A DNA stretch of 64,000 nt from NCBI GenBank assembly GCA_964016885.1, contig OZ024740.1:52266001-52330000 (forward strand), given 5' to 3'. Positions 24,201-37,472 of this stretch are shown here, piece after piece. Both the position numbers and the translations under genes were made by a program. How positions within the stretch are numbered: the stretch's first letter is position 1; the number at the start of each line of letters is the position of its first letter. The stretch is from Eledone cirrhosa (Eukaryota). A model generated the notes under the pieces. That model saw only the letters and a list, made by a program, of their open reading frames with translations. It made no database searches and had not been told where the DNA came from.

Positions 24201-27200
24201 AATTTGTGATCCATGTAGCTGACTATCTTGAATTGTGGACAGCCTATGCTAGACCTATCTATTTCCCTACAAAATACTCTATCTAGATATGATCTGGATG
24301 ACCCTATGCGATTTGTCCAAGTCCACATTGGCACATTCGGGAAATCCAATTGGTACCTGTCAGGAAGTTCAAAACGTCTGAGCAGGTTGGTGAGGCTCTT
24401 GCACCCTCCTCCCCTATCCGCTAATCCCACACAGTCCCAGCGTGCATCTAAGACTAAAGAGCGGGACGTTCCAAGAAAGGTCTCCAGATGCCAGAAGAAA
24501 TCAGGCCGCCGTGCTCCTGTCGGGGCATAGACGGCCACTAGCCTGAAAGCTTGCCCGCCTCCGCTGGACACGTCCAGCACCACCAACTTACCTTCTAGGT
24601 CCAGGAAGATGGCCCGTATGGCGAGATCCAAACCTCTCCGAAAAAGCACAGCAACACCCCCCCCCCGATCCAGGACGGCTGGGAGATGCGTACACATCGT
24701 AGCCGTCGAAGATCGGTGCGAAGGCCCGTGCTTCGGAGATTCTGGTCTCGCTGATGGCCACTACATCTATGTTTAGTGACCTGAGGTCGTTGAGCAGGTG
24801 GCCCTGCTTCCATGACGACCCCAAGCCACGCGCATTTATGCTGCCTATTCTGAGTGAGGTCATGTTGAAAAGGAGGGGAAAAGATGGGAAAGACCACTTA
24901 CCTTACTTCTCGTAGAGGAAGGATGGTTTCTCCACCCTTTTCACTGCTTGTGGCCTCCGGAAGGATGTCCTTATAAATCCTCCTGGAGAGTGCTTGTCGG
25001 AAGTCGCCGATATCTTTTTTGAATTTTTGTTTTAGTGTCGTGTACGTTTTCTGTGTGATGCGAGTGATTTGTATGTGTGGAGGTAGTGTGAACTTTTGGG
25101 GTGTTGTGTAGTCTTTTTCTGTGATGCTGGTGTTGTGTTGGATGTAGTGTAATAATTGGTTGTTGTTCAAATTTAATTTTTTCTACTTTTGGCACAAGGC
25201 CAGCAAATACCCAGTGCATTACTGGTACTTTATTTTATCGACCCCGTTAGGATGAAAGGCAAAGTTAACCTCGACGGGATTTGAACTCAGAATGGCAAGG
25301 GCCGTAACTCTATACCTCAAAGCATGGCGTCCAACCCTCTACCGATACTGCTAATCCACCGGTTGTTGTTCAAATTTAATGCTGTGTAGTGTGTATCGTT
25401 TTGTTTGCGTTTGTTATGGGTTTGTTTCTGTTTCGCTTTTTGGTGACATTTGTGGTGTTGGTGATGGTGGTGGTGGGGTTAATGATGGTGATGGTGTTGG
25501 TGTTTGTGGTGAAGGGTTGGTGATGCTGGTGTGGATGGTGGCATAGCTGTCCTAACTTTTTTGTTTGATAGTTTATTTGTTTCCCTCTGTATTTTGTTTT
25601 TTGGGGGGAAGGAAGAGGATTTTTTCTTTTTTGGTTTTTTTTTTTTTTGTCTTTTTTCCTGATACAGTTTCCCACTCCTCGTCGTAACAATCTATCTCCA
25701 GTTACGATAGGTCGGGGAGTGGAAAATCCTCCACAGGCGTTGGTTTTGGTTGTGGCGTGGTAGATGGTGGAGGCGCTGGTGCTAGTTCTGGCGTGTTGGG
25801 TGGTGGTGGTGGTGGTTTTGCTACTGTTGCTGGGGTTGTTGCTGTTACAGTTGCCTCTGTTGTTGCTGCTACAGTTGTTGCTGCCATCTCTGCTGCTGGT
25901 GGTGTTGATGGTTGAGTCACTGGGGTGGGAAAGAGAGCTGGCCTCGATATTTTAACCTGAGTACAGAAAGCCTTTAGGTGGGTTCCTTCACCACAAATGG
26001 CACACCTAGGCCTTCTACCCTCGACGATTACGGTGAGGTGGCTGCCATCAGTGAGGTCTATCACCTCTGGGATTTCCTCAATGCTTTTTTGGTCCGCTTG
26101 GATCAGGAGCTCCATCCCAGATCCGGACCAGTTCTCCTGCTTTTCTTTTGATATTTCAATTATTTTGGTGTTGGCCTCGATGCCGGCGAGGACGGCAGCC
26201 ATTAGCCAGGGAATTTCGATGGCCGGTGGAACGTGGGTCACCCTGATCTTCACGAGTCTCTGGCCACAATAGCTTGGGACGAGTGTGAAGTCGTCGCTTC
26301 TTAATGGGGGCTCTCTGGCCTCCTGTGGTGTTCCAAAGAACACGTCCACGGTTCCACGTCTGATGTAGGTTTTTCCGCCCACACATGTCCCAAAGCTTTT
26401 TGGATTTGGGACTCGGGTGCCCGTTCCACTCGGCGCGATTTTGTGTTAATCGTTCGATAAGACACGGTGCATAGGCGCCGATGCTCCATTTTATTAGGTG
26501 GGGGAGGGGGTGAGGCTGACCCTGTACCCATCTTTCTTTACCATTCTGTTGGCTTCATTTAATTCCTCCTGAGTTACCTCGATTGTTTCGCATTTCTTGC
26601 GGTGGTGTTGGTGTTTTTGTTGTTATTCTCATTGTTGTTGTTGCTGTTGTTGTTATTGTTATTTTTCTTATTGTTATTTTTAGTTTCAGTTGTGGTGGTG
26701 GTGGCGTCAGTTGTTCGGTGTGGAAGTGTCGATTCTGGGTGAATCCATTTCGATGTCACGAGATAATAATTTATTTTTTTATTTTGTTTCTGTTGTCGCT
26801 GTGGTGGTGGTGGTGGGGGTGGGGGGCTTTTACACCTGCAGTTTTTGGTAATGGCGGGAAATGAATGTCTGCATGAGACAAATTTAAATTATTGCTACTG
26901 CTTATATTTTTAGTGTTGGCAAACGTAGTGATATTTACAATGGGGGTGTTGGTGTGAGGTGTTAGTTTGTGAGGAAAGCTGTCAGCTTGGTGTAGCTGTG
27001 AGTCGTCCATGATTTTTTCAAAGAAATTTTTGTTTGATAATTATAAAAGTTTAAATTTTGGGCTCAAGGCCCCAATCTTTTTGAGTGTCCTTTTCCGAAA
27101 GCAATATATGTGACCTTATAAACACTTAACAACAAACATTTTCACTAAATGTCAGTTTGAAACAACTGAAAACAACAAACCTTTGCGGAGCTCACGATGA

Positions 27201-27223
27201 TACGATTTCCTACGTAGGTCGCC
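21274..27223 (-). mobile_element. Tx1/L1-like non-LTR retrotransposon copy A, full-length but decayed
   Basis: ORF1 remnants with CAICGEGTHLKAFC knuckle; ORF2 APE (SINARGL, ISETR, YLDR, DHK) and RT (FRPITLLN, VRQGCPLS, AYAADVT); AATAAA near the 3' end; (AAT)n on both flanks. Confidence 0.9.
25178..25360 (-). mobile_element. tRNA-derived SINE inserted in Tx1 ORF1, 20 bp TSD
   Basis: A/B boxes. TSD ggttgttgttcaaatttaat at 25158-25177 and 25361-25380. Confidence 0.92.
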
Positions 27224-27233
27224 AATAATAATG

Positions 27234-27288
<55 letters not shown>
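27224..27288 (+). repeat. (AAT)n microsatellite at the Tx1 5' junction
   Basis: AAT run. Confidence 0.95.
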
Positions 27289-27289
<1 letters not shown>

Positions 27290-28171
27290 GCACGAGGTGG
27301 TAGAACGTCACGAAATTGCTCCCGTAAGTTTTTTGATTTTTAACATATTTAAATCAATTGTGAAAGAACAATTCTTAGCACAAATGTTGCATAAAGGCAC
27401 CGAATGAGGTCCCATAAAGTTTCGGATCCATATTATATTGTTGTATCGCTCAAATATTCAATTTTGTATTATATATTTTGTATTCAAAAAAAGAAAATGG
27501 TTATAAATGGAACAAAACACCCTCTGTCTACACTATATAGAACAGCGGCAATTTCAATTTCACCAACACCAGAAACTTGATACACTACCTATCCCATCAC
27601 ACTAAATATAACGGCAACTTCACCGGCATCATAATAATAATTACTATTATTATTGTCTCAAATTTAAAAAAATGTTTAATTCAAATTTTACGGGAATATG
27701 TCAACACAAAATATAATGAAAATATATATTAAACATACGAACACAAACTCATAGATACTATATCAGTAACCACAACACCACCACATCCATCATCGCCGCC
27801 ACCACTCATTCAATGCTACTGACACTATTCCCCTGTTAACTTGAGAGAGAAAAGGGAAGGTGGTGGTAGCACTAGACAAGAGAGAGGCTAGCAAAAGATA
27901 TAAATAGATTGACTTGGTAACCTTGCCACGGACAAATGTCTACATCAACAATTATGGGACTGCTGGCTCACCCCTTCCTCACCAACAATATAAAAAGCCC
28001 CGGCACCACCACCGACATAGCCAGCAGCAATAACAGCCAACTACAACAAAAAGTATATTATATTATTGTAATGCACTGGGTGATTGCTGGCCTGGAGTGG
28101 AGACAATTATTAATAATTTCATTCTTAAGCCACGCAATGCTCACATTAAGGAACCACTCATGATAATAACA

Positions 28172-31100
28172 ATTTAAAAAAAACAACAAAAAGAAAACCC
28201 CGTGACCAAGAAATACCGGGATGGCGGCCGGCGGGGAATAGCCATGTCTCTAGGGGAGAACGACCCCTCTAGTCTTGGTTGACACTCGTTCTAGAAGTGG
28301 TAACACGAAAAGATTACCCCTTGGCGGATAAGGATAAAACGCGACAAAATAAAGTAGATGTCTAATGATGAAATCTCATACCGGATCGGCCGTCACCCGG
28401 GTAAAAAAGGGCCGCGTCCCTCAGAGAGGAACCAGACTGGGGTCGAAAAATCAGCTAATGGTTCAAACCTTCCCATCACTTCGGAGCTGGAGACCTCCCA
28501 TAACCGGAATACTCCTACTGTTGGCCCTCCATGCTCACCACCAAGAAATCCAAAGAAAAAGAGAGAAAAATGGTCAAGGGAAGATAATAAAGAAGTCCTT
28601 GAGGCTTTCTACACTGCCATGTACTACCCATCAAATACATCGAATACAGAGCAAACATATATCAACTGGAAAAAGAAACATCCCGAAAACAGAGGCTATA
28701 TTGACAGTAACAAACTAGCCAATATACGAAGAAATATTGTAAGAAAAAAGTTACTAACTGATATAGAAATTGATCAGATCAAGCTAGTAGCACAAAGTCA
28801 GCGAAGGGAAAATGAAGCATGTGTCAGTGAAAACGAGGTAAACTGTAACACTTCGAATCCCAGAGTTGGGGCGGAATCACTGGCAACAGAACAAATTAAA
28901 GAAAGGAGCGAAAAAGTGGAGGGAGTGCATGCTCAGGATGAAACTCCAAATGAAAATAATGAGATCGTAAATGAGAAAGAAATGAATGAGAATGAACTTG
29001 CCAACTTGAAGGATGAAATTATGATCGAATGGATGAAAATGAAAGAATCTGACATGGGGGAACGAGACACCCTCCCTAAGATCCAGAACTCCAAACAGAA
29101 CCAAAAGATAATACACAAGACAAACATAATTCTCAAAAACATTATCATCACAAACAAACTAAGCATTACTGACTTAAATCATCTCTATTATGCATCGGCT
29201 AAAGTCACCACTCACTTATGTGGAGTGAAGATGAAAAAACAAAGGAATTCCCACAAGAAATCTACTTGGCAAGATAACATCAATCGCCAAATAAACCTTC
29301 TCCGATCTGACATAGAAATTTTAACAAACTATAAAGTAGGTGAACATGTTAAACAAACTAAACTTAGAAAATTGAAAAAAAAGTACAGTATAAGATCAAC
29401 ATGTGACATAGACATGCTGATAGAAACAATCAAGCAAAAAGTGTCGGCCAAAGCTGCTCGTATAAGGCGCTTTGAAAAACGATCTAGATTCTATAAGGAG
29501 AATAATATGTTCAAAAACAACCAAAGAAACTTCTACAGAAAAATTGGTAAGTCAACAATAACTGCTAAATCAATACCACCCAAGGAGGAAGTGCAAGAAT
29601 TCTGGGAAAAGATCTGGGCCGAAGAAAAAGTTCATAACATACATGCCCCATGGATAGACAGACAAATGAAAGAAACAGCTCACCTTGAAGAACAAACATG
29701 GGAAAATATAACAGTTGAACAGCTGCGCTTGGCTCTAAGAAAAACCAGCAAATGGAAATCCCCAGGAAAAGACAAAATACAAAACTTTTGGATAAATGCC
29801 TTCACAGAGTCTCATGAGCTGTTAGCCCAACTTTACAATGAAATAGTTAAGGAGCCAGAAAAGATACCATCATGGCTAGTTAACGGCATTACATTCCTGC
29901 TACCGAAGAATGATGAGACAAACAATCCCAAAAATTACAGACCGATAACCTGCTTGACCACAATGTATAAAATTTTAACATCAGTCCTAACTGAATACAC
30001 ATATGACCACCTGATAACAAATGACCTATTTCCCATTGAGCAGAAAGGGTGTAAACGAGGCTCATATGGCTGTAAGGATCAGCTTCTGGTTAACAAAATG
30101 ATACTGGAAGATTGTCATAATAGACACAAAAATCTATCGATTGCTTGGATAGATTATAAAAAAGCATTTGATAGTTTGCCACACAGTTGGATTGAAAAAT
30201 GTTTAGAGATTTTCAAAATATCCCCCGTTATCAGGAGGTTTTTGTCATTCAGTATGAGGACATGGAGAACGACACTCCTTTTGAATAGTGAAACAAAATC
30301 ACTGGAAGCTGGAGAAGTTAACATTAATTGTGGAATTTTTCAGGGTGACTCTTTATCACCGCTTTTATTCTGCATCGCACTTATACCATTAAGTAAAATG
30401 CTCAATGAAACAAAACATGGATATAGAGTCTATGACAAAACCATTAATCACCTGTTCTACATGGATGACCTGAAACTATTTGCAAAAAATGATGAACAAT
30501 TGCAAGGGCTATTATCCACTGTGAAGCAGTTCAGTGATGACATTAAAATGGAGTTTGGACTGGATAAATGCGCCAAAGCAACGTTCACCAGAGGAAAGCT
30601 GCTGAAGAGTTCAGACATTAATCTTGATCGGTGGAACGTGATAAGAGAGCTTGATCAAGAACAAACTTACAAATATCTAGGTGTTTGTGAAGGAGACGGA
30701 ATCAAGCACTCGACAATGAGGGAAAGGATAAGGAAGGAATGTTACCGCAGAGTCAGAGCAATCTTAAGAACGGAATTGAATGCAAGGAATAGGATCGATG
30801 CCATAAACACGCTTGCCATACCAGTAGTAACCTACAGTTACAATGTCATCAACTGGTCAAGCACAGAGATCCGTAGGCTCGACACAAAAATCCGAAAATT
30901 CTTAACCATGCACAGAATGCATCACCCTAAGGCAGACATAGATAGAATATATCTCCCTAGGAAAGAAGGAGGACGTGGGTTAATCCAGTTAGACATTGCG
31001 TTGAAAACTGCAACAATTGGATTATCCACATATCTAAGGGAATCACATGATTGGATGATCAAACTCGTTTTGAAACACGAAAGCACCAAAAGATCATATT

Positions 31101-32150
31101 CCATTACAAAAGATGCACAAAGATACAGTAATGGACTACAAATTTCAGAAGTCCCATTTACTGCTGAAATGGAAAACACAGAAAAAGCAAAGCAGGTAAA
31201 AGTAACTGCAAAGAAAGAACTGCTACAGAAACTGGCTAAGAAATGGCAAGAAAAGCCTCTGTATGGAAAATACCCAGAGCGAGCTAACAATCCTGATGTT
31301 GACAAAACTTTAACCCATCAGTGGTTGGCATCCTCTGGACTGAAATCGGAGACTGAAGGACTGATTATATCCGCACAAGATCAGTGTCTGCCAACAAAAA
31401 ATTACCAAGCCAACATAATAAAAAATGGGTGCAGCCCATTATGCCGTGTATGCAAAAAACAACCAGAGACCATTGACCATATAATTTCAATGTGCAGTCC
31501 TATAGCTCCAACCGAATACCTAAACAGGCATGACAGAGCTGCACAATACATACATTGGATAATGTGCAAGCATTTTGACCTGCCCCATCAAAAGAATTGG
31601 TGGGAGCATCAACCACCTCCCATACTTGAAAAAGATCACATCTCAATCTTGTGGAACTTTAGCATCCAAACAGACCGAAAAATAGATGCAAATAGACCTG
31701 ATATAATATTGAAGGACTTTCAAAGGAGGGTATGCCTGCTAATTGATATGTCTGTTCCAATAGACAAGAATGTATCTATAAAAACATTTGAAAAATTGAG
31801 CAAGTATAAGGACCTGGAGATAGAAATTGGAAAAATGTGGAAATTGAGAACTAAAACAATACCAGTGGTTGTAGGCGCTCTGGGAATGATACCTAAGGGG
31901 TCTAACGACTACTTATCGCAAATCCCAGGAAACCCGCGTATAGGAGAAATACAAAAGATAGTACTAATGGGAACTGCCTATATACTAAGGAAGATCCTGT
32001 CAATATAAGTACATCACAAGTCTAAACACTAAGGATGCATGTGTGAATATGTGTGTTCTTTCTTGAACATGGCGGACCTTGTTGTCTCTTGAGGTCACTG
32101 GTTGTGACTTGGTGATAACTCGTATAAACATAAAGCAAGATAAATGCAAA
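28172..32150 (+). mobile_element. Intact R4/Dong-like retrotransposon ending in (TAA)n
   Basis: GC-rich leader, single long ORF, ~140 bp 3' UTR followed by (TAA)n at 32151-32173. The 5' boundary is approximate. Confidence 0.88.
28358..32008 (+). CDS. 1216 aa reverse transcriptase / restriction-like endonuclease polyprotein (R4/Dong clade)
   Basis: Uninterrupted ORF: NYRPITCL, WIDYKKAFDS, GIFQGDSLSPLLF, YMDDLKLF, CRVC-x8-H-x4-C, RHD, RPDI...IDMSVP...KLSKY. Confidence 0.95.
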   Translation: MSNDEISYRIGRHPGKKGPRPSERNQTGVEKSANGSNLPITSELETSHNRNTPTVGPPCSPPRNPKKKREKWSREDNKEVLEAFYTAMYYPSNTSNTEQTYINWKKKHPENRGYIDSNKLANIRRNIVRKKLLTDIEIDQIKLVAQSQRRENEACVSENEVNCNTSNPRVGAESLATEQIKERSEKVEGVHAQDETPNENNEIVNEKEMNENELANLKDEIMIEWMKMKESDMGERDTLPKIQNSKQNQKIIHKTNIILKNIIITNKLSITDLNHLYYASAKVTTHLCGVKMKKQRNSHKKSTWQDNINRQINLLRSDIEILTNYKVGEHVKQTKLRKLKKKYSIRSTCDIDMLIETIKQKVSAKAARIRRFEKRSRFYKENNMFKNNQRNFYRKIGKSTITAKSIPPKEEVQEFWEKIWAEEKVHNIHAPWIDRQMKETAHLEEQTWENITVEQLRLALRKTSKWKSPGKDKIQNFWINAFTESHELLAQLYNEIVKEPEKIPSWLVNGITFLLPKNDETNNPKNYRPITCLTTMYKILTSVLTEYTYDHLITNDLFPIEQKGCKRGSYGCKDQLLVNKMILEDCHNRHKNLSIAWIDYKKAFDSLPHSWIEKCLEIFKISPVIRRFLSFSMRTWRTTLLLNSETKSLEAGEVNINCGIFQGDSLSPLLFCIALIPLSKMLNETKHGYRVYDKTINHLFYMDDLKLFAKNDEQLQGLLSTVKQFSDDIKMEFGLDKCAKATFTRGKLLKSSDINLDRWNVIRELDQEQTYKYLGVCEGDGIKHSTMRERIRKECYRRVRAILRTELNARNRIDAINTLAIPVVTYSYNVINWSSTEIRRLDTKIRKFLTMHRMHHPKADIDRIYLPRKEGGRGLIQLDIALKTATIGLSTYLRESHDWMIKLVLKHESTKRSYSITKDAQRYSNGLQISEVPFTAEMENTEKAKQVKVTAKKELLQKLAKKWQEKPLYGKYPERANNPDVDKTLTHQWLASSGLKSETEGLIISAQDQCLPTKNYQANIIKNGCSPLCRVCKKQPETIDHIISMCSPIAPTEYLNRHDRAAQYIHWIMCKHFDLPHQKNWWEHQPPPILEKDHISILWNFSIQTDRKIDANRPDIILKDFQRRVCLLIDMSVPIDKNVSIKTFEKLSKYKDLEIEIGKMWKLRTKTIPVVVGALGMIPKGSNDYLSQIPGNPRIGEIQKIVLMGTAYILRKILSI

Positions 32151-32172
32151 TAATAATAATAATAATAATAAT

Positions 32173-33616
32173 ATTTCAGCAGTGATATATGTATGCAGTT
32201 TGGTATTGGTAAATGTGGAGTCATTGTGATGAGGAGGGGTAGGTTGAGCAGAAGTAACGGGATCCAGATACCAACAGGTGAGATGATAAAGGAAATTGAC
32301 TCTGAGGAAGGATACAAGTATTTGGGCGTTCTGGAGGCTGATGGCATAAAGAACAAAAAAATGAAGGAATTGTTAAGAACTGAATACATTCGGAGAGTAA
32401 GGAGCGTATTGAAGTCACATCTGAACAGCAGAAATGCCATAAGCGCAGTAAATTCCCGGGCTGTGTCTATTATTAGGTACAGTGCGGGAATTCTGAGATG
32501 GAATGTTGCTGAACAAAAAGAAATGGATAGGAAGACTAGGAAGCTATTGACTATCTACAACATGTTCCACAAGAGGAGTGATGTCGATAGACTCTACCTA
32601 AGGAGATCTGAGGGTGGAAGAGGTCTTATCAGCATAGAGGACTGTGTTCAGATGGAGAAAAACAACCTATACAAATACGTGACCTATAGTAAGGAGCCAA
32701 TGCTCAGAACTGTACTGAAGGAGGGGACAGTAGGCCAGGGGATGTCCAAGGAGGAAATAACATCAAGGAGGAAGAGCAGCCTTAAGGGAAAATCCCTTCA
32801 TAGTACCTTCTTTGAGAAAACTGAATTTAGAGATCCACAGACATGGAACTGGTTGAGAAGAGGAGACCTCAAAAAGGCTACAGAAGGAATGCTAATGGCT
32901 GCGCAGGAGCAGGCCCTCAAAACGAAGTGGTTGAAGCACCATATTTACAAGGAGGAGGCTAGCCTACTGTGCAGGATCTGTGGAGAGAGAGAGGAGACTG
33001 TGGCTCACATTGTGTCCGAGTGTAAACACCTAGCCCAGACCCACTATAAGGGCTGGAGACACGATGTGATGGGCAGGGTGATCCACTGGCACCTGTGCAA
33101 AGTAAACAATTTACCACATTCTGAGAAATGGTATGAGCATAGGCCAGAGGCGGTGATGGAGAACAATCAGGTGAAGGTGCTGTGGGATTTTAGGATACAG
33201 ACGGACAAAAAACTGGAACACAATAGACCTGACCTGGTGGTTGTGGACAAAGAAAAAAGATCGTGTCTGATTGTGGATGTGGCCTGCCCTTTCGACACGA
33301 GAGTGCAAGAGAAGGAGAAGGAGAAAATTAACCGATACCAGGACCTAAAGTGGGAGGTGAAAAGGATTTGGAACTGCCATGAAGTCAAAGTGATCCCGAT
33401 TGTCATAGGCGCACTGGGGACTATCTCCAAAAGTTTCCAGGGATGGTTAAAGAAAATCGGCCCCTTCACGCTTTTTGGAACGCTTCAAAAGGCATGCTTG
33501 CTGGGAACAGCAAGAACCCTCCGATACGTCCTGAATATCTGAGGCTGCAGGTAGTGGCTTGATATTCATTCCAACGGACTTTCCAGTTAACCAACATCAA
33601 TGACTGAGATTCAAGG
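32173..33616 (+). mobile_element. 5'-truncated R4/Dong-like element, second family, copy 1 (open frame 32193-33542)
   Basis: YKYLG, CRICGEREETVAHIVSEC, RHD, RPDL, DVACP; (AAT)n tail 33617-33649. Confidence 0.9.
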
Positions 33617-33649
33617 AATAACAACAATAATAATAATAATAATAATAAT

Positions 33650-34740
33650 GAACAAAAAGAAATGGATAGGAAGACTAGGAATCTATTTACTATCTACAAC
33701 ATGTTCCACAAAAGGAGTGATGTCGATAGACTCTACTTAAGGAGATCTGAAGGTGGAAGAGGTCTTATCAGCATAGTGGACTGTGTTCAGATGAAGAAAA
33801 ACAACCTACACAAATACGTGACCTATAGTAAGGAGCCAATGCTCAGAACTGTACTGAAAGAGAGGACAATAGACCAGGAGATGTCCAGGGAGGAAATAAC
33901 AACAACCAGGGAGGAAATAATAACAATAGTACCTTCTTTGAGAAAACTGAATTCAGAGATCCACAGACATGGAACTGGTTGAAAAGAGGAGACTTTAAAA
34001 AGGCTACAGAAGGAACGCTAATGGCTGCGCTAGAGCAGGCACTCAAAACGAAGTGGTTGAAACACCATATATACAAGGAGGAGGCTAGCCCACTGTGCAG
34101 GATCTGTGGAGAGAGAGAGGAGACAGTGGCTCACATTGTGTCCGAGTGTAAACACCTAGCCCAGACCCACTATAAGGGCTGGAGACACGATGTGATGGGC
34201 AGGGTGATCCACTGGCACCTGTGCAAAGTAAACAATTTACCACATTCTGAGAAGTGGTATGAGCATAAGCCAGAGTCGGTGATGGAAAACGATCAGGTGA
34301 AGGGGCTGTGGGATTTTAGGATACAGACGGACAAGAAACTGGAACACAATAGACCTGACCTGGTGGTTTTGGACAAAGAAAAAAGATCGTGCCTGATTGT
34401 GGATGTGGCCTGCCCATTCGACACGAGAGTGCAAGAGAAGGAGAGGGAAAAAATTAACCGATACCAGGACTTAAAGTGGGAGGTAAAAATGATTTGGAAC
34501 TGCCATGAAGTCAAAGTGGTCCCGATTGTCATAGGCGCACTAGGTACTATCTCAAAAAGTTTCCAGGGATGGTTAAAGAAAATTGGCCCCGCCACGCTTT
34601 TTGGAACGCTTCAAAAGGCATGCTTGCTGGGAACAGCAAGAACCCTCCGATACGTCCTGAATATATGAGGCTGCAGGTAGTGGCTTGATATTCATTTCAA
34701 CAAACTTTCCAGTTAACTAACATCAATGACTGAGACTCAA
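33650..34740 (+). mobile_element. 5'-truncated R4/Dong-like element, second family, copy 2
   Basis: Near-identical to 32511-33616 with a frameshift; (AAT)n tail 34741-34763. Confidence 0.9.
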
Positions 34741-34763
34741 ACAACAATAATAATAATAATAAT

Positions 34764-37410
34764 TCAGTCGTTTCTTCCTTGGTGGAAGAAACGACTGAAT
34801 GGTCAAATCAGGGAAATGAGAAATGACATTGGAAAGCTTGAGTCCCTACTGAATGGGACACTACAAAACATAGACACTAAAAATAGACTGGAAAAATGTA
34901 CAAAACTAGGACGAAAAAGCTAAATATTATCATAGAGGAACTGAAGCAACGCATTGTAGCAAAGAGCGCAAAGATTAGGCGATACGAGAGCAGAGTCAAT
35001 CAGTATAGACAGAACCGCATGTTTGACAACAATCAGAAGATGTTGTTTGGATAGCTTGAAGGGAAAGAAAGTGGCAACGACTTGATCCCTGAGGCGGAAC
35101 AAACTAAGACATTCTGGAGAGGAATATGGGAGCAGGATGTTGAACATAATGATCAAGCAGTGTGGATTGAGACAGTACAAAAGGAGATTAGTGAACAGGC
35201 ACACCAACAAACTGATTTGAGTATCACAGTTGAAACTCTTAAGAGGCAGGCCAGAAAACTAACCAACTGGAAATCACCAGGCCCAGATGGTGTGCAGGGG
35301 TATTGGATTAAAAATATAACATCCCTCCACCTGAAACTGACAGGTGAGGTACCAGAGTGGTTGACAAAAGGTACCACAGTTCTGGTAATGAAAGACCGAA
35401 CCAAGGGTAATGATGTTAATGGTTAGCTATAGACCTATCACATGTCTGTCCGTAATGTGGAAACTGTTAACAAGCATTGTGTCTGTGGAAATCTACCATC
35501 ACCTCCACATAAACAACTTGTTACCGGACGAACAGAAAGGATGCCGAAAGAAGTCCCGTGGTACAAAGGACCAGTTACTTATTGATAAGATGGTAATGAG
35601 GAATTGCAGGAGGAGACACACTGGATAGACTACAAAAAGGCATTCGACATAGTACCTCATTCTTGGATAACCAAAAGCCTAGAGATCTTCAGGGTGGCAG
35701 ATAACATCAGACAGTTGTTGAGCAAAAGTATGAAGTCCTGGAAAACAGAGTTAACATCGGGCGGAGAATCCTTGGGAGGCGTGAGGATCAAGAGAGGTAT
35801 CTTCCAGGGAGATAGTTTGTCCCCTCTGTTGTTTGTCCTTGCCCTGATCCCTCTGACCATTATACTGCGAAAAGTGAGAGCAGGATACAAGTTGGGAAAG
35901 GGAGAGCTTACCATCAATCACCTCCTCTTCATGGACGATCTTAAGCTCTTCGGGAAGAGTGAGAAGGAGTTAAATGTGCTTGTTGACACTGTCCGTATTT
36001 CCAGCAATGATATATGTATGCAATTTGGTATTAGTAAGTGTGGAGTCCTTGTGATGAAGGGGGGTAAATTGAGCAGAAGCAACGGAATCCAGGTACCAAC
36101 AGGTGAGATGATAAAGGAAATTGATACTGAAGAGGGATACAAATATTTAGGTGTTCTGGAGGCTGATGACATCAAGAACAAAAAAATGAAAGAATTGATA
36201 AGATCTGAATACATTCGGAGAGTAAGGAGCGTATTAAAGTCATATCTGAACAGTAGGAATGCCATAAGTGCAGTAAATTCCCGAGCTGTGTCTATTATTA
36301 GGTACAGTGCGGGAATTCTGAAATGGAATGTTGCTGAACAAAAAGAAATCGATAGGAAGACTAGGAAGCTATTGACTATCTACAACATGCTCCACAAAAG
36401 GAGTGATGTCGATAGACTCTACTTAAGGAGATCTGAAGGTGGAAGAGGTCTTATCAGCATAGAGGTCTGTGTTCAGATGGAGAAAAACAACCTACACAAA
36501 TACGTGACTGATAGTAAGGAGCCAATGCTCAGAATTGTACTGAAGGAGAGGACAATAGACCAGGGGATGTCCAAGGAGGAAATAACAACAAGGAGAAAGA
36601 GCAACCTTCATGAAAAATCCCTTCATAGTGCCTTCTTTGAGAAAACTGAATTTGGAGATCCACAGACATGGAACTGGTTGAAAAGAGGAGACCTTAAAAA
36701 GGCTAAGAAGGATTGTTAATGGCTGCGCAAGAGCAGACCCTCAAAACGAAGAGGATCTGTGTAGGATCTGTGGAGAGAGAGAGGAGACTGTGGCTCACAT
36801 TGTATCCGAGTGTAAACACCTAGCCCAGACTCACTATTAAGGCTGGAGACATGATGTGATGGGCAGGGTGATCCACTGGCACCTTAACAAAGTAAACAAT
36901 TTACCACATTCTGAGAAGTGGTATGAGCATAAGCCAGAGTCGGTGATGGAAAACGATCAGGTGAAGGTGCTATGGGATTTTAGGATACAGACGGACAAGA
37001 AACTGGAACACAATTGACCTGACCTGGTGGTTTTGGACAAGGGAAAAAGATCGTGCCTGACCTGATTGTGGATGTAGCCTGCCCATTCGACACGAGAGTG
37101 CAAGAGAAGGAGAGGGAGGACATTAACCGATACCAGGACTTAAAGTGGGAGGTAAAATGATTTGGAACTGCCATGATGTCAACGTGGTCCCGATTGTCAT
37201 AGGCGCACTAGGGACTATCTCAAAGAGTTTCCAAGGATGGTTAAAGAAAATTGGTCCCGCCCCGCTTTTTGGAACACTTCAAAAGGCATGCTTGCTGGGA
37301 ACAGCAAGAACCCTCCGATACGTCCTGAATATCTGAGGCTGCAGGTAGTGGCTTGATATTCATTTCAACAAACTTTCTAGTTAAATAACATCAATGACTG
37401 AGACTCAAAG
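34764..37410 (+). mobile_element. 5'-truncated, decayed R4/Dong-like element, second family, copy 3
   Basis: YRPITCL, WIDYKKAFD, GIFQGDSLSPLLF, FMDDLKLF, same C-terminus (TLRYVLNI) and 3' UTR; (AAT)n tail 37411-37472. Confidence 0.9.
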
Positions 37411-37413
37411 AAC

Positions 37414-37461
<48 letters not shown>

Positions 37462-37472
37462 GATAATAATAA

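Noticed and set aside
32193-37336. Tandem gene family or simple segmental duplication
   Set aside because: Each unit has a different 5' truncation and its own (AAT)n tail, consistent with independent retrotransposition.
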